Shown: piece after piece, positions 9,180 to 17,825 of the stretch | Layout: every line of letters begins with the position of its first letter | How positions within the stretch are numbered: position 1 is the stretch's first letter | The notes under the pieces: model-generated | What the model saw: only the letters and a program-made list of their open reading frames with translations | What the model was told of the DNA's origin: nothing | The model's database searches: none | DNA from: Candidatus Bathyarchaeia archaeon | Lineage (GTDB): Archaea > Thermoproteota > Bathyarchaeia > Bathyarchaeales > Bathyarchaeaceae | Assembly (NCBI GenBank): GCA_035283685.1 | Contig: DATETJ010000009.1 | Coordinates: forward strand, 332,925 to 396,924 | DNA: 64,000 bases | Direction: 5' to 3' | Made by a program: the position numbers and the translations under genes

Positions 9180-10673
9180 CTACACGTATCCTAGTGCCTT
9201 AAGCCGATCTATTATCTGCTTTTTCTGTTCCTTTGGGAACTCTCGCGCCCCTGCGTATGACAGATCAACTGTGTTAGCAAGTTTTTTCTTCAGTTCTTTT
9301 GTTACTTGAGGGTGTTCTTTAGAAATGTCCAGCAACTCATCTGGATCGTCCCGAATGTTGTACAATTCTTCCCTATCCCTCCAGAGTATGTACTTGAAGG
9401 TGGACGTCCGAATTGCCTTGCACCCTCGATCGATTTTAGTGAGTTTGTTTCGTGTGGATTCAGGGAGACTCCAAGCGTTTAGACCTCCGAATGCTTCGGT
9501 GTGAAGTGCGCCATATTCGGCGCACACGAAATCGTGGGTTCCGTCCTTGTCGGACTGAAATAGGCTTTTACCGTCTATGACCTGTGTGTCTTTGACTTGG
9601 GCTGCCTGTGTCATTGTTGGGTATAGGTCCACGAGTGATACCAGACCTTGGATTTTCTGATTGGTAGGAGCTATGTCGGGGTATTTCATTATCAATGGGA
9701 CACGAAGAAGGCTGTCGTAAAGGCACAGTGGGTGGACCGCTAAACCATGGTCGCCAAAGTTTTCTCCATGATCTGACGTTAATAATAGCAGTGTGTCATC
9801 CAAAATACCGTTTTCTTTGAGGCTCTGAACTAGATTTCCAATATGGGAGTCCAGATAGGCTATTTCGCCGTCATACCACGCTCTGATTATCTCCCATTCT
9901 TCACGAGACACAGAGGCTTCCTTTACAGAAAAAGAGAAGCCTCCACCACCGCTTGCAATCCACTGAAGTTTTCGCATGTCAGTGGTCCTTTTGGAAATTT
10001 TTTCAGTGGTAAGTCCCAGCAGGGAGTTGGCGAGCAACTCTTGCAGGTAAAGCGAAGACTCATCGAACTCGTTACAGAACCGCCCTTTGAATGGACTTGG
10101 CGGATCGTACGGTGTGTGCGCTGTGAAATAATTGACAAACACGAAAAAGGGTCTATCTCTGTGGCTTTGCTTAGTAAAGGCTTTTATCATCTCAGTTGCT
10201 TGGGAGGTTCCTTTGTCTGGTCCGCGAACCATACGCCAAATGAAATCCTTGAGTTCTGAAATTCGTCTTCGCTTGATAAGGCGAACAAGCGATGATTCTA
10301 CAACCTCAGCGTAATGTGTGAATCCTTTCTCAAAGCCGCTTCCCAACCCGAGTATTTGACAGCATGTCACTCCGAGCGTATCGTACTTAATCGCCAATGA
10401 TTCTGCGATCGTGGTGTTTTCGCTTTTCAGACGAATTTCCTTTCCTAGAGTTTTGTGACGCGAAGGGTATTTGCCTGTAAAGATTGACGCGTGCGATGGA
10501 GGCGTCCAGGGAGCTGCGGAGAAGGCATTCTCGTACAAGACCCCTTGTGCAGCAATTCTGTCAATATTTGGACTGGTTTTTCTGTCGTAACCATAGCAGG
10601 AAAGGTGATCAGCTCGCACAGTATCCATCACTATTAGAATGATGTTAGGAAGTTTGTTTTCAGTCATAGCCAA
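9180..10673 (-). CDS. Sulfatase-like (alkaline phosphatase superfamily) hydrolase/transferase with non-canonical nucleophile motif
   Basis: 497-aa ORF. IILIVMDTVRADHL and TSDHGENFGDHG are the sulfatase metal-site motifs. The position of C-x-P-x-R reads T-P-P-S-H (SAAPWTPPSHASIFTG). No signal peptide. Confidence 0.85.
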   Translation of the reverse strand: MAMTENKLPNIILIVMDTVRADHLSCYGYDRKTSPNIDRIAAQGVLYENAFSAAPWTPPSHASIFTGKYPSRHKTLGKEIRLKSENTTIAESLAIKYDTLGVTCCQILGLGSGFEKGFTHYAEVVESSLVRLIKRRRISELKDFIWRMVRGPDKGTSQATEMIKAFTKQSHRDRPFFVFVNYFTAHTPYDPPSPFKGRFCNEFDESSLYLQELLANSLLGLTTEKISKRTTDMRKLQWIASGGGGFSFSVKEASVSREEWEIIRAWYDGEIAYLDSHIGNLVQSLKENGILDDTLLLLTSDHGENFGDHGLAVHPLCLYDSLLRVPLIMKYPDIAPTNQKIQGLVSLVDLYPTMTQAAQVKDTQVIDGKSLFQSDKDGTHDFVCAEYGALHTEAFGGLNAWSLPESTRNKLTKIDRGCKAIRTSTFKYILWRDREELYNIRDDPDELLDISKEHPQVTKELKKKLANTVDLSYAGAREFPKEQKKQIIDRLKALGYV

Positions 10674-10717
10674 CCACTCGCCAAACTTGGCTTCACTCGA
10701 TGTGATGATTCAATCGG

Positions 10718-11509
10718 CTATATGCGCTTTCTGCAAATGGCAAAGAGGTGCAAACACAGGCTTGGCACTAGGCGCCCTAGCTCTCTCTCCAATCTGTCAA
10801 GTTTCAAAGCTGAGACTAGGCTTGCTACCAACGGAATGAAGACGTAGTCGCCCTTCACTTTCATCACGATGTAGTTGCATTTTTGCAGAATAGTTGTGAA
10901 GAGCATCATGTGCATATGTGGGAAATACTTGTGAGGGTATTTTGGGGTAAGTCCTAGTGACTCATAGATTCTGGACTTGAGCCTCTTAACATTTGGCACT
11001 TCAACGAGAAGCTTTCCGTCGTCTTTCAGCGATTTGTGAAACTCGCCCAGTCCTCTTGTCATGTCCTGAACACTCACAAATTTTCTTGCAAAGATCGTGT
11101 CAAAGGATTCTGGTCGAAACGGAAGACAGGTATTATCAGCAACCACAAATGAAATGCCCTTTTCGCGTTTGAACCTGTTGACCAAGTCTATGCCCACAAG
11201 ATTATTGTAGCCACTGGACGCAAGCGTTCCTGCAATGACTCCCGAGCCGCATCCAGCGTCTAGGATAAGAGAGGATGGTTTGGAAAAAGAAGAAATCAGC
11301 CTCACATATTCTTTGAATGTAAGAAGTCTCCCACGCGAAGGCTCGAGTATCCTTTGCCGTCTCCATAGGTTTTGATAATAGATCTTCTTGTCCAGCATTT
11401 GATCCTCGCTTTCACCGTAGAGGATTGAACCGGAGGTTCCCTTAGTAGTATGGATGTCCTTTGCTTGCATAACCAACTTCCCAAGAATTAGCTGACGCCC
11501 GGGGCTCAA
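10718..11509 (-). CDS. Class I SAM-dependent methyltransferase
   Basis: 263-aa ORF with motif I ILDAGCGSGVIAG and downstream FDTIFARKF. The true start may lie at an internal Met. Confidence 0.8.
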   Translation of the reverse strand: MSPGRQLILGKLVMQAKDIHTTKGTSGSILYGESEDQMLDKKIYYQNLWRRQRILEPSRGRLLTFKEYVRLISSFSKPSSLILDAGCGSGVIAGTLASSGYNNLVGIDLVNRFKREKGISFVVADNTCLPFRPESFDTIFARKFVSVQDMTRGLGEFHKSLKDDGKLLVEVPNVKRLKSRIYESLGLTPKYPHKYFPHMHMMLFTTILQKCNYIVMKVKGDYVFIPLVASLVSALKLDRLERELGRLVPSLCLHLFAICRKRI

Positions 11510-11559
11510 TCTCGCGTGTGGAAAAAAGTGCTCATGTTGATTGAAGCCGCGACGCTAAC

Positions 11560-14500
11560 CTACCGGTACACCCCTCTGATGTCGTCTATCTTGAAATAGC
11601 CCGCACTCGCTCTGAGTTCCCAGTCAAAACGGATGAAGCTGATAGAGTTGAAATTTACAGTGCCAGTCCTTGAAGTTGGCGCGGAAAGATCAATCGAAGC
11701 AAGTGTCCATGAGTTTGAGGTTAATCCTGTAATCGTGTAAATGTTGTAGTTGCTCCAGCTGGTTGCAACCATAAGTCTGAGCGGCTTTGATGCATCGGAA
11801 ACTTTTATCCACATTTGAAGCGACGAGTATGCGGAAAAGTTCATTGCTCTTTGCATTGTGGCATAGCTGTGCCATGGCGGCGGACTGGACGCAGTCACAA
11901 CTATGGCGCCTGCGCCCTCTTGAAAATCTGCGTTGTCAACACTCAAGGTTGCAGCTGTTGCCCACCATCCTGAGAGAGAATCGCCACTGTCAATCTGAGC
12001 TGTGGTTATTCGTGTGAAGAATGCGGCTACCGTGTGGTCTGATGTGCCAACATTAAATGAATATGAAGGTTGCGTGCTAACACTTGCTCCGTCCAGTTCC
12101 CAATGGTCAAAAGTGTAACCTGAGAGTTGTGTGGCGCCTATTGAGAAAACAGTATTCTGAACCACAGTGTATACTCCCGCTGCGGGGCTTGTTGTTCCGC
12201 TGTTAATTGGAGAGACATCTGAGATTGTAACCGTGGCAGTCGGTATTGAAGTGAAAAAGGCGCTGATGGCGTGGTCTGTCGTCGCAACATTGAACGAATA
12301 TGGGTTAGCAGAGCCGACATTGCTCCCATCTAGTTCCCAGTGGTCAAAGGCATAGAATGTTGAGGGCGTTGAAGAAACGGTAAACAGTGAGTTTTCAGGC
12401 ACTTGATGTTGTCCAACAGCTGGACTTGCGGTTCCACCGCTGGGAGGTGAAACACCCACCGTTACTGTAACCGTGGGCACAGGAGCGAAGAATGCTCCAA
12501 TGCTGTGTGAAGATGTGCTTACGTTGAATGAGTAGGGGTTGATTGAACCTGCGTTCACTCCGTCCAGTTCCCAGTGGTCAAAAACGAAACCTGTGTTTGG
12601 CGTGGCTGTTATTGAGTACAACGAATTCTCCGCCACAGTATATGTTCCAATTGTGGGGGTCGTGGTTCCGCTGCTCGACGGTGAAACCGCAGACACATCC
12701 ACGGTAACTGTCGGTACTGGCGGCCCATAAACTACTTCGAGTTTTTGTCCGCCTTGGCCTTTGTTGAATTCAATGTAGATGTATTTGTCATCTGTATGTT
12801 TAAGTTGCCCGATGGAGCGATTGTCAACGAAGTTGCTAAAGCTTCTTCCGTTGACTTGAGTTGGAAACTTCCAGACGTAGTCTTCCAAGTCGCTGGGCGC
12901 ATCAAATTCAAGGGTTATTTTCCCTGCACTGTAATAGGCGTTTGATGTGGTTTGAAGCATATTTCTGGAACTTTGCCAGAACACGAAGGCTTCACGAGGG
13001 TTTGCTGGCTTGATCGAGTCTGTATACTCCGGGAATGAAAATGAAGTGTTATAGTTCAAGCGATGCGTAAAGGTGCTTACTACCGGGTATACAGTCTTAA
13101 CCATGTCTTCAAGCGGCGCAAATCTATCATACGGATAGATAAATTCCTCATTCGCGCTTGACAGAGTGTATTTGGAAGTTTCGGATTTCTTGCCAAATCC
13201 CACATAGTACATTTTCCCATCATATTGGAACAGAACCCATGGCAGACTGTCTATCACTGCGTCCGCCTCGGGGGGATGATTGTCATATGGATGCGAAATG
13301 ATAACTTGATCTTCTTCGAAGCCGTAACCAGTTCCGCCGAACTTGTCCTTCATCCAGTATCTATTGGCTTCATACCTTTCACGAATGTACGTGGTGTTCA
13401 ACACAAAACTAGCTCCATTCCACATTGCATACGAGCTGCCGTCTGCCAGTCTGACATGCTGCCATCCGTGAAAGCTATAACTCAAACCGTAGTCAGCTGC
13501 ATACTGTCTCCACCTTGGCAGGTTTGTTCCCTCGTTTTCGATAAGCATCGGCGTCTGCCACCAGCCTATGTTGATTCTTTGAGGTTGCGAGAAGTCAGGT
13601 GAGATTGCGCACCAATAGAGCTTTCCTTGAACAGTTTGGTAGGTCATGTTTTCCCACATTTTGTAGCTGACATCGTCGCCGAAATTATTGTTTTGATTGA
13701 AATCAAGTTTGATACGATCATAGTTCCCTCCCAGCGTGCTATTGTAAATTATCGCACGGTAGGTTCTGGAATTTCGTAGGTTTGTCTGCAGGACGCCGGT
13801 TACATCGGTGTACATGACTCTTGAACTTGGCATTCCAGTGTATCCAGAGGGAGCTCCGCTTGTCAAAGTCAAGTCAGCTACGCTTGAAGTTCGTCCATAA
13901 CCCAAAACGCTGTATTGATAGTCAAAGACCCATCCCGATTGAAGAACTGACTCCGGAGGCAACTGATCACTTCTCCATCGATAAGTGTCAGTATCTATTC
14001 GGATGATCCATGCGCCTTTCCAACGTTTGAAAGGCATTATCTTCACCGGAATCTCTTCGATGTTGTTAAAAGCAAAGTTGAAGGCATGCCCCCAAAAGTC
14101 CATTCTGTATTCAGTCCAAGTTGCCGGGTACCTTGCAGGAGCGTACTCCATAGCAAACTCGTTCAATCCATAGCCGAGGTACCAGACTTTTCCACTGCCA
14201 TATGTCATGTTAGCCATTCCAACAGACCAGCCGCCACTCCACGTTTTGTTAAACCATAAGGTCATTCCGGTGTGCTTTCGAATTACGGCGTGCGTGTAGA
14301 GCGACAAACCAAACGTTAAGCTTGTGCCCTCTCGATATTCCTTGACCCCATCAAAAAAGGTTCTTATAACGCGAGCTGAAACGGTGAGCCCTCTCCATTC
14401 AAAACCAACATCCGAGGAAGCAAGATTAAGTAATGCCGGAACTGCGTTTGCAGCGCGATTGAAGATAATCGCGTTCGTACCGTTACCAACCGCCCAGTAT

Positions 14501-14898
14501 ATGTGCTGTTGATTTGCAGCTGTCGAATCGGTTGGCTCATAGTCCAAGAGCAGGACAATTGCTTGATACTTTGGTAAACCGTTGGCGAACTGAAGGGAGT
14601 AACGGCCTGGAGGATTGGTATCCGATGGTCCCGAAATCATGTCGTCTTGAAACAGATCGTAGGGGACGCCTCTGCCTTGCATGATTCTTTCAATTCTTTG
14701 AATGGAGTTGTAGGTGAGATCCCGGTAATAGTTGTACCCGCCCATTATGATTACGGCCCACTTGAGAGGGATTTGGCTATTTGGATCTGACTCCGCAGCC
14801 TTTGTTGTCGCGGGAAGGAGAGCTGCAGCAATACTTATGCAGATTAGAATGAGAGCCGCATGGGCGTTAGGTTTCTTGATGTTCATTAGAAACACCAT
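11560..14898 (-). CDS. Large secreted protein: unknown 730-aa N-terminal region + 3 InlB-B-like repeats + C-terminal CBM-like jelly-roll domain
   Basis: 1112-aa ORF with a signal peptide (NIKKPNAHAALILICISIAAALLPATTKAAE). Three 80-aa repeats each end in FDHWELDG...YSFNV...H.I.AFF. The C-terminal domain ends in FIRFDWEL...FKIDDIRGVYR. Confidence 0.85.
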   Translation of the reverse strand: MVFLMNIKKPNAHAALILICISIAAALLPATTKAAESDPNSQIPLKWAVIIMGGYNYYRDLTYNSIQRIERIMQGRGVPYDLFQDDMISGPSDTNPPGRYSLQFANGLPKYQAIVLLLDYEPTDSTAANQQHIYWAVGNGTNAIIFNRAANAVPALLNLASSDVGFEWRGLTVSARVIRTFFDGVKEYREGTSLTFGLSLYTHAVIRKHTGMTLWFNKTWSGGWSVGMANMTYGSGKVWYLGYGLNEFAMEYAPARYPATWTEYRMDFWGHAFNFAFNNIEEIPVKIMPFKRWKGAWIIRIDTDTYRWRSDQLPPESVLQSGWVFDYQYSVLGYGRTSSVADLTLTSGAPSGYTGMPSSRVMYTDVTGVLQTNLRNSRTYRAIIYNSTLGGNYDRIKLDFNQNNNFGDDVSYKMWENMTYQTVQGKLYWCAISPDFSQPQRINIGWWQTPMLIENEGTNLPRWRQYAADYGLSYSFHGWQHVRLADGSSYAMWNGASFVLNTTYIRERYEANRYWMKDKFGGTGYGFEEDQVIISHPYDNHPPEADAVIDSLPWVLFQYDGKMYYVGFGKKSETSKYTLSSANEEFIYPYDRFAPLEDMVKTVYPVVSTFTHRLNYNTSFSFPEYTDSIKPANPREAFVFWQSSRNMLQTTSNAYYSAGKITLEFDAPSDLEDYVWKFPTQVNGRSFSNFVDNRSIGQLKHTDDKYIYIEFNKGQGGQKLEVVYGPPVPTVTVDVSAVSPSSSGTTTPTIGTYTVAENSLYSITATPNTGFVFDHWELDGVNAGSINPYSFNVSTSSHSIGAFFAPVPTVTVTVGVSPPSGGTASPAVGQHQVPENSLFTVSSTPSTFYAFDHWELDGSNVGSANPYSFNVATTDHAISAFFTSIPTATVTISDVSPINSGTTSPAAGVYTVVQNTVFSIGATQLSGYTFDHWELDGASVSTQPSYSFNVGTSDHTVAAFFTRITTAQIDSGDSLSGWWATAATLSVDNADFQEGAGAIVVTASSPPPWHSYATMQRAMNFSAYSSLQMWIKVSDASKPLRLMVATSWSNYNIYTITGLTSNSWTLASIDLSAPTSRTGTVNFNSISFIRFDWELRASAGYFKIDDIRGVYR
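12013..12722 (-). repeat. Three tandem 240-nt coding repeats (InlB B-repeat-like)
   Basis: The repeats are visible at DNA level: agttcccagtggtcaaa recurs near 12327 and 12567, and a variant occurs near 12085. At protein level the motif FDHWELDG occurs three times. Confidence 0.85.
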
Positions 14899-15034
14899 TA
14901 CTCTTCAGCTTGTTGTTTTTCTATGTCATCGTTCCATTTGAATCTATGTGAGGTTTTTCTATAGAAGAATCTGAGAAAAGATCTATATAACTCGTCGGAG
15001 AACTACAAAATCATTAAAAGTTTTAGATGCGTAT

Positions 15035-16579
15035 TTGTACACGTGTAGAGCAGAAATGCAACAACGTTTATTAAGATTTACGATAGAGAGTACTCAAGTG
15101 GCTATCTTGAACAAAACAACCCTTTTGGCCATTTGTCTCATGTCATTTCTGGTGGCATACGAAGTATCCGCGGCGTTTCCTCCCGCAGTGATAAGAAGCT
15201 CGGGCTCAATAGGTCCTATTCAGACAGTTAACGTTGATAGTCTGAGCCTTTGGATTGCAGACTTCATGGCAGACTTGCTGAGCCCCAATTTTGATAGCTC
15301 TGGGGACGCTCAAAGATGGCAAAACGCTTTACAGGATCTGATTGACGCACAGCACACGCCACCGCCGAATAGCGAGGTAACGCATATCCAAATGCGTATC
15401 TGGTACGACATCAATCTGGGTGCCGGCTCAACCGCAGCCGACTGGGTGAACCCCTACTTAGGCTCAGCCGACTCTGGACAGACTCCGGTCATGAACAACA
15501 ACCAATGGCAAAGATGGTATTTTAACCGTGACAACAACCTGCAGGCGGGGCTGTCCGCGGCTCAGCGCATCCACAGCGCGGGGCTTAACATGGAGTTCAT
15601 CGTTTCAGGCGCGTGGAACAGAGACATCTCAGATCCCGCAAAGCCGCCACCGTTTTTCAGGGGTAGAAGAGAAGCAGACTATCCGGAATGGATGGCTGCT
15701 GGCGGAGGCGAGACTTTCCTAAGAAACTACTATGAGAATGTTCTGAGACCCGTTGCCGACTTCGTGGCACAGTCACCGAATTTCGTGAATGGTGACATAT
15801 TCGGGGTTGCACTTGAGATGGTGTATCCAGAGGCAGATTTTACATGGTTGCACAATGACACTTGGATAAGGATGATCAATGGAGGAACAGGATCCACACC
15901 GTATTTAGATGATGACCCGACAAAGCCAGGGATCAGAAGAATCTTCCAAGACGCTGGCAAGGGTGGGGTCATCTTGACCTTACAACATCAAGGCTGGTAC
16001 GATGATTATGGACTGGGCTACAACGCTGTAAAACAGATCAATCCCAGCGCAAATCTTGGGACTCAGTACCAAGGGCTATCCGGGGCATCGTACCTCAGTG
16101 TGTTCGATTTCATATCAATAAGCGAATGGGTAACGGTTGTGAGAAGACAAGATGCTCCTCCAGATGGGACGCCTTGGAATGAATCAGGGCGATATCTTTT
16201 CAGAGACGGTTGGTTCAACGATTTGACCTATGCAAAAACGGGCACTCCATCACAGCAAGGCAGGAACTTGATCCAAGACTTCGCCACATTGTCTGAAGTC
16301 ATGAACGGAACAAAGATTCTTATGAACTCAGGATACGAGTCGCGACACTATGCTGGAGTCACGTGGCCTCCCTCAGGAACCTTGGATCACACAGCTCAAC
16401 GCGAAGCGTGGGCTGGTCACCTGCTTGCACTGGCAAACCAAACGTGGTGTGCAGGTCAAGACTTTGAAAGATACACGGAAGACAAAGCATACAATCCTAA
16501 CGACAGCCGAACATCCTGGAGAAACGCGCTGGCGCAAGACGTCATCATAAGCATAATCGCATCCATCAGAACACCGTGA
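15035..16579 (+). CDS. Secreted hypothetical protein, possibly glycoside-hydrolase-like
   Basis: 514-aa ORF. The best start is probably the GTG at 15098, giving MAILNKTTLLAICLMSFLVAYEVSAA as a signal peptide. The hydrolase (TIM-barrel-like) idea rests only on weak motif resemblance (GVALEMVYPE, LTLQHQGWYDDYG). Confidence 0.7.
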   Translation: MYTCRAEMQQRLLRFTIESTQVAILNKTTLLAICLMSFLVAYEVSAAFPPAVIRSSGSIGPIQTVNVDSLSLWIADFMADLLSPNFDSSGDAQRWQNALQDLIDAQHTPPPNSEVTHIQMRIWYDINLGAGSTAADWVNPYLGSADSGQTPVMNNNQWQRWYFNRDNNLQAGLSAAQRIHSAGLNMEFIVSGAWNRDISDPAKPPPFFRGRREADYPEWMAAGGGETFLRNYYENVLRPVADFVAQSPNFVNGDIFGVALEMVYPEADFTWLHNDTWIRMINGGTGSTPYLDDDPTKPGIRRIFQDAGKGGVILTLQHQGWYDDYGLGYNAVKQINPSANLGTQYQGLSGASYLSVFDFISISEWVTVVRRQDAPPDGTPWNESGRYLFRDGWFNDLTYAKTGTPSQQGRNLIQDFATLSEVMNGTKILMNSGYESRHYAGVTWPPSGTLDHTAQREAWAGHLLALANQTWCAGQDFERYTEDKAYNPNDSRTSWRNALAQDVIISIIASIRTP

Positions 16580-16594
16580 GGCTCGACGCAACTT

Positions 16595-17770
16595 TCAATC
16601 CGAAAGGCAACTCTTTATTGCTTGCATCAAGGAACTTACAGTTGCATCCCATGAATACAGCTTAGACCTCTTGCAAGCCTTTTTTCCCATTTGCTCTCTG
16701 AGGTTACGATCTGACAACAGCTTTTGCAAGGCCTTCCGCCAGTGTTCTGCAACGGGGTCAACTAGGAAACCGCAGTCTCCTACCACCTCAGGCACTCCGC
16801 CGGCTCGACTGGCGATGATGGGCTTGCCGCATGCCATAGCCTCAAGAACCGACAAGCCAAACGTATCTTTAGTGCTTGGGAAGACGAAGACAGCGCACTT
16901 TTGAAGTAAACTAACCAGTCTTTCCGGGGTCGGTGCCGGTTCTATTCGGAATCGGTTCCCCAGGTGCAGTTTTTCTGCAAGACTCACCAAGTTCTCTTTG
17001 TACCACGCGAAACGAGGCTCCACATCGCCTGCAAAGACCAAGGAAAAATTGGGATTCGCGTCTTTCATTGCCTGCACAGCGAGCTCAAGCTTTTTCTGAG
17101 GATGAATCCTTGCAACGCATAAGACGAAGGGTTCTTCCTCAAACGTTGGGTAGAACTCTGAATGGTTCACGCCTAGAGGAACTATGCCAAATTCCGGTCC
17201 TGCCTTACTGCTCTTCATTCTTATGGCTTGATCGTATACGAAACGACTATGGGCCAAGATCATTCCTAGCTTCTTAAGACTGCGATTGCTCCAGATTCCT
17301 ATGGGAGAAAGTTCAATGACTTTTTGGTCTATCTTTTCGCGTAGCGTGTTGACATGGAACGGTGCGACTCCTCGAGGAAGTACATGAAGACAAACTACTC
17401 CCACAGGTTTCTTGAGGTGATAGAAGTAGGGAGGCAACCAAAGCTCGCCTGTGTAATGGAAAACGACGACATCGGGGCTCCACTCTGCTGTTCTGCGACT
17501 TATCTCCATTACCGCAAGTGTCCGGGCCAGATAATAGTCGACGTTTTTCCCAAGCGCAAGGTTCACAGAACGTGCAAATGAGAAATCCTCAGTTGGCACG
17601 ACCTCCACGGGCGTCTGAAGCATTTGTGGAAAGCAAATTTTCGTGTCCATTTTCAGGGCAAAGACTCTGACGTTGTGCCCTTGAGCTTCCAGTATTTTTG
17701 TGGCTTCATAGATGAATCGTCTTGAGCCACTTCTGACCGACAGGTCTTCTTCGATCATCGCCAGTTTCAA
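16595..17770 (-). CDS. Glycosyltransferase family 4 (GT-B)
   Basis: 391-aa ORF with FPSTKDTFGLSVLEAMACGKPIIASRAGGVPEVV (E-x7-E motif). Confidence 0.9.
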   Translation of the reverse strand: MKLAMIEEDLSVRSGSRRFIYEATKILEAQGHNVRVFALKMDTKICFPQMLQTPVEVVPTEDFSFARSVNLALGKNVDYYLARTLAVMEISRRTAEWSPDVVVFHYTGELWLPPYFYHLKKPVGVVCLHVLPRGVAPFHVNTLREKIDQKVIELSPIGIWSNRSLKKLGMILAHSRFVYDQAIRMKSSKAGPEFGIVPLGVNHSEFYPTFEEEPFVLCVARIHPQKKLELAVQAMKDANPNFSLVFAGDVEPRFAWYKENLVSLAEKLHLGNRFRIEPAPTPERLVSLLQKCAVFVFPSTKDTFGLSVLEAMACGKPIIASRAGGVPEVVGDCGFLVDPVAEHWRKALQKLLSDRNLREQMGKKACKRSKLYSWDATVSSLMQAIKSCLSD

Positions 17771-17825
17771 AGGTTTTTCCTCGTTAGGCTTTCCGTAACG
17801 TGTAGAATCTCGTCTGTCTCAGTGT

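Noticed and set aside
12013-12722. Regularly spaced 240-nt DNA repeats, considered as a possible CRISPR array or satellite
   Set aside because: The repeats are in frame inside a 1112-aa ORF and encode 80-aa InlB-B-like domains. There is no short repeat/spacer structure. I saw no CRISPR array anywhere in the window.
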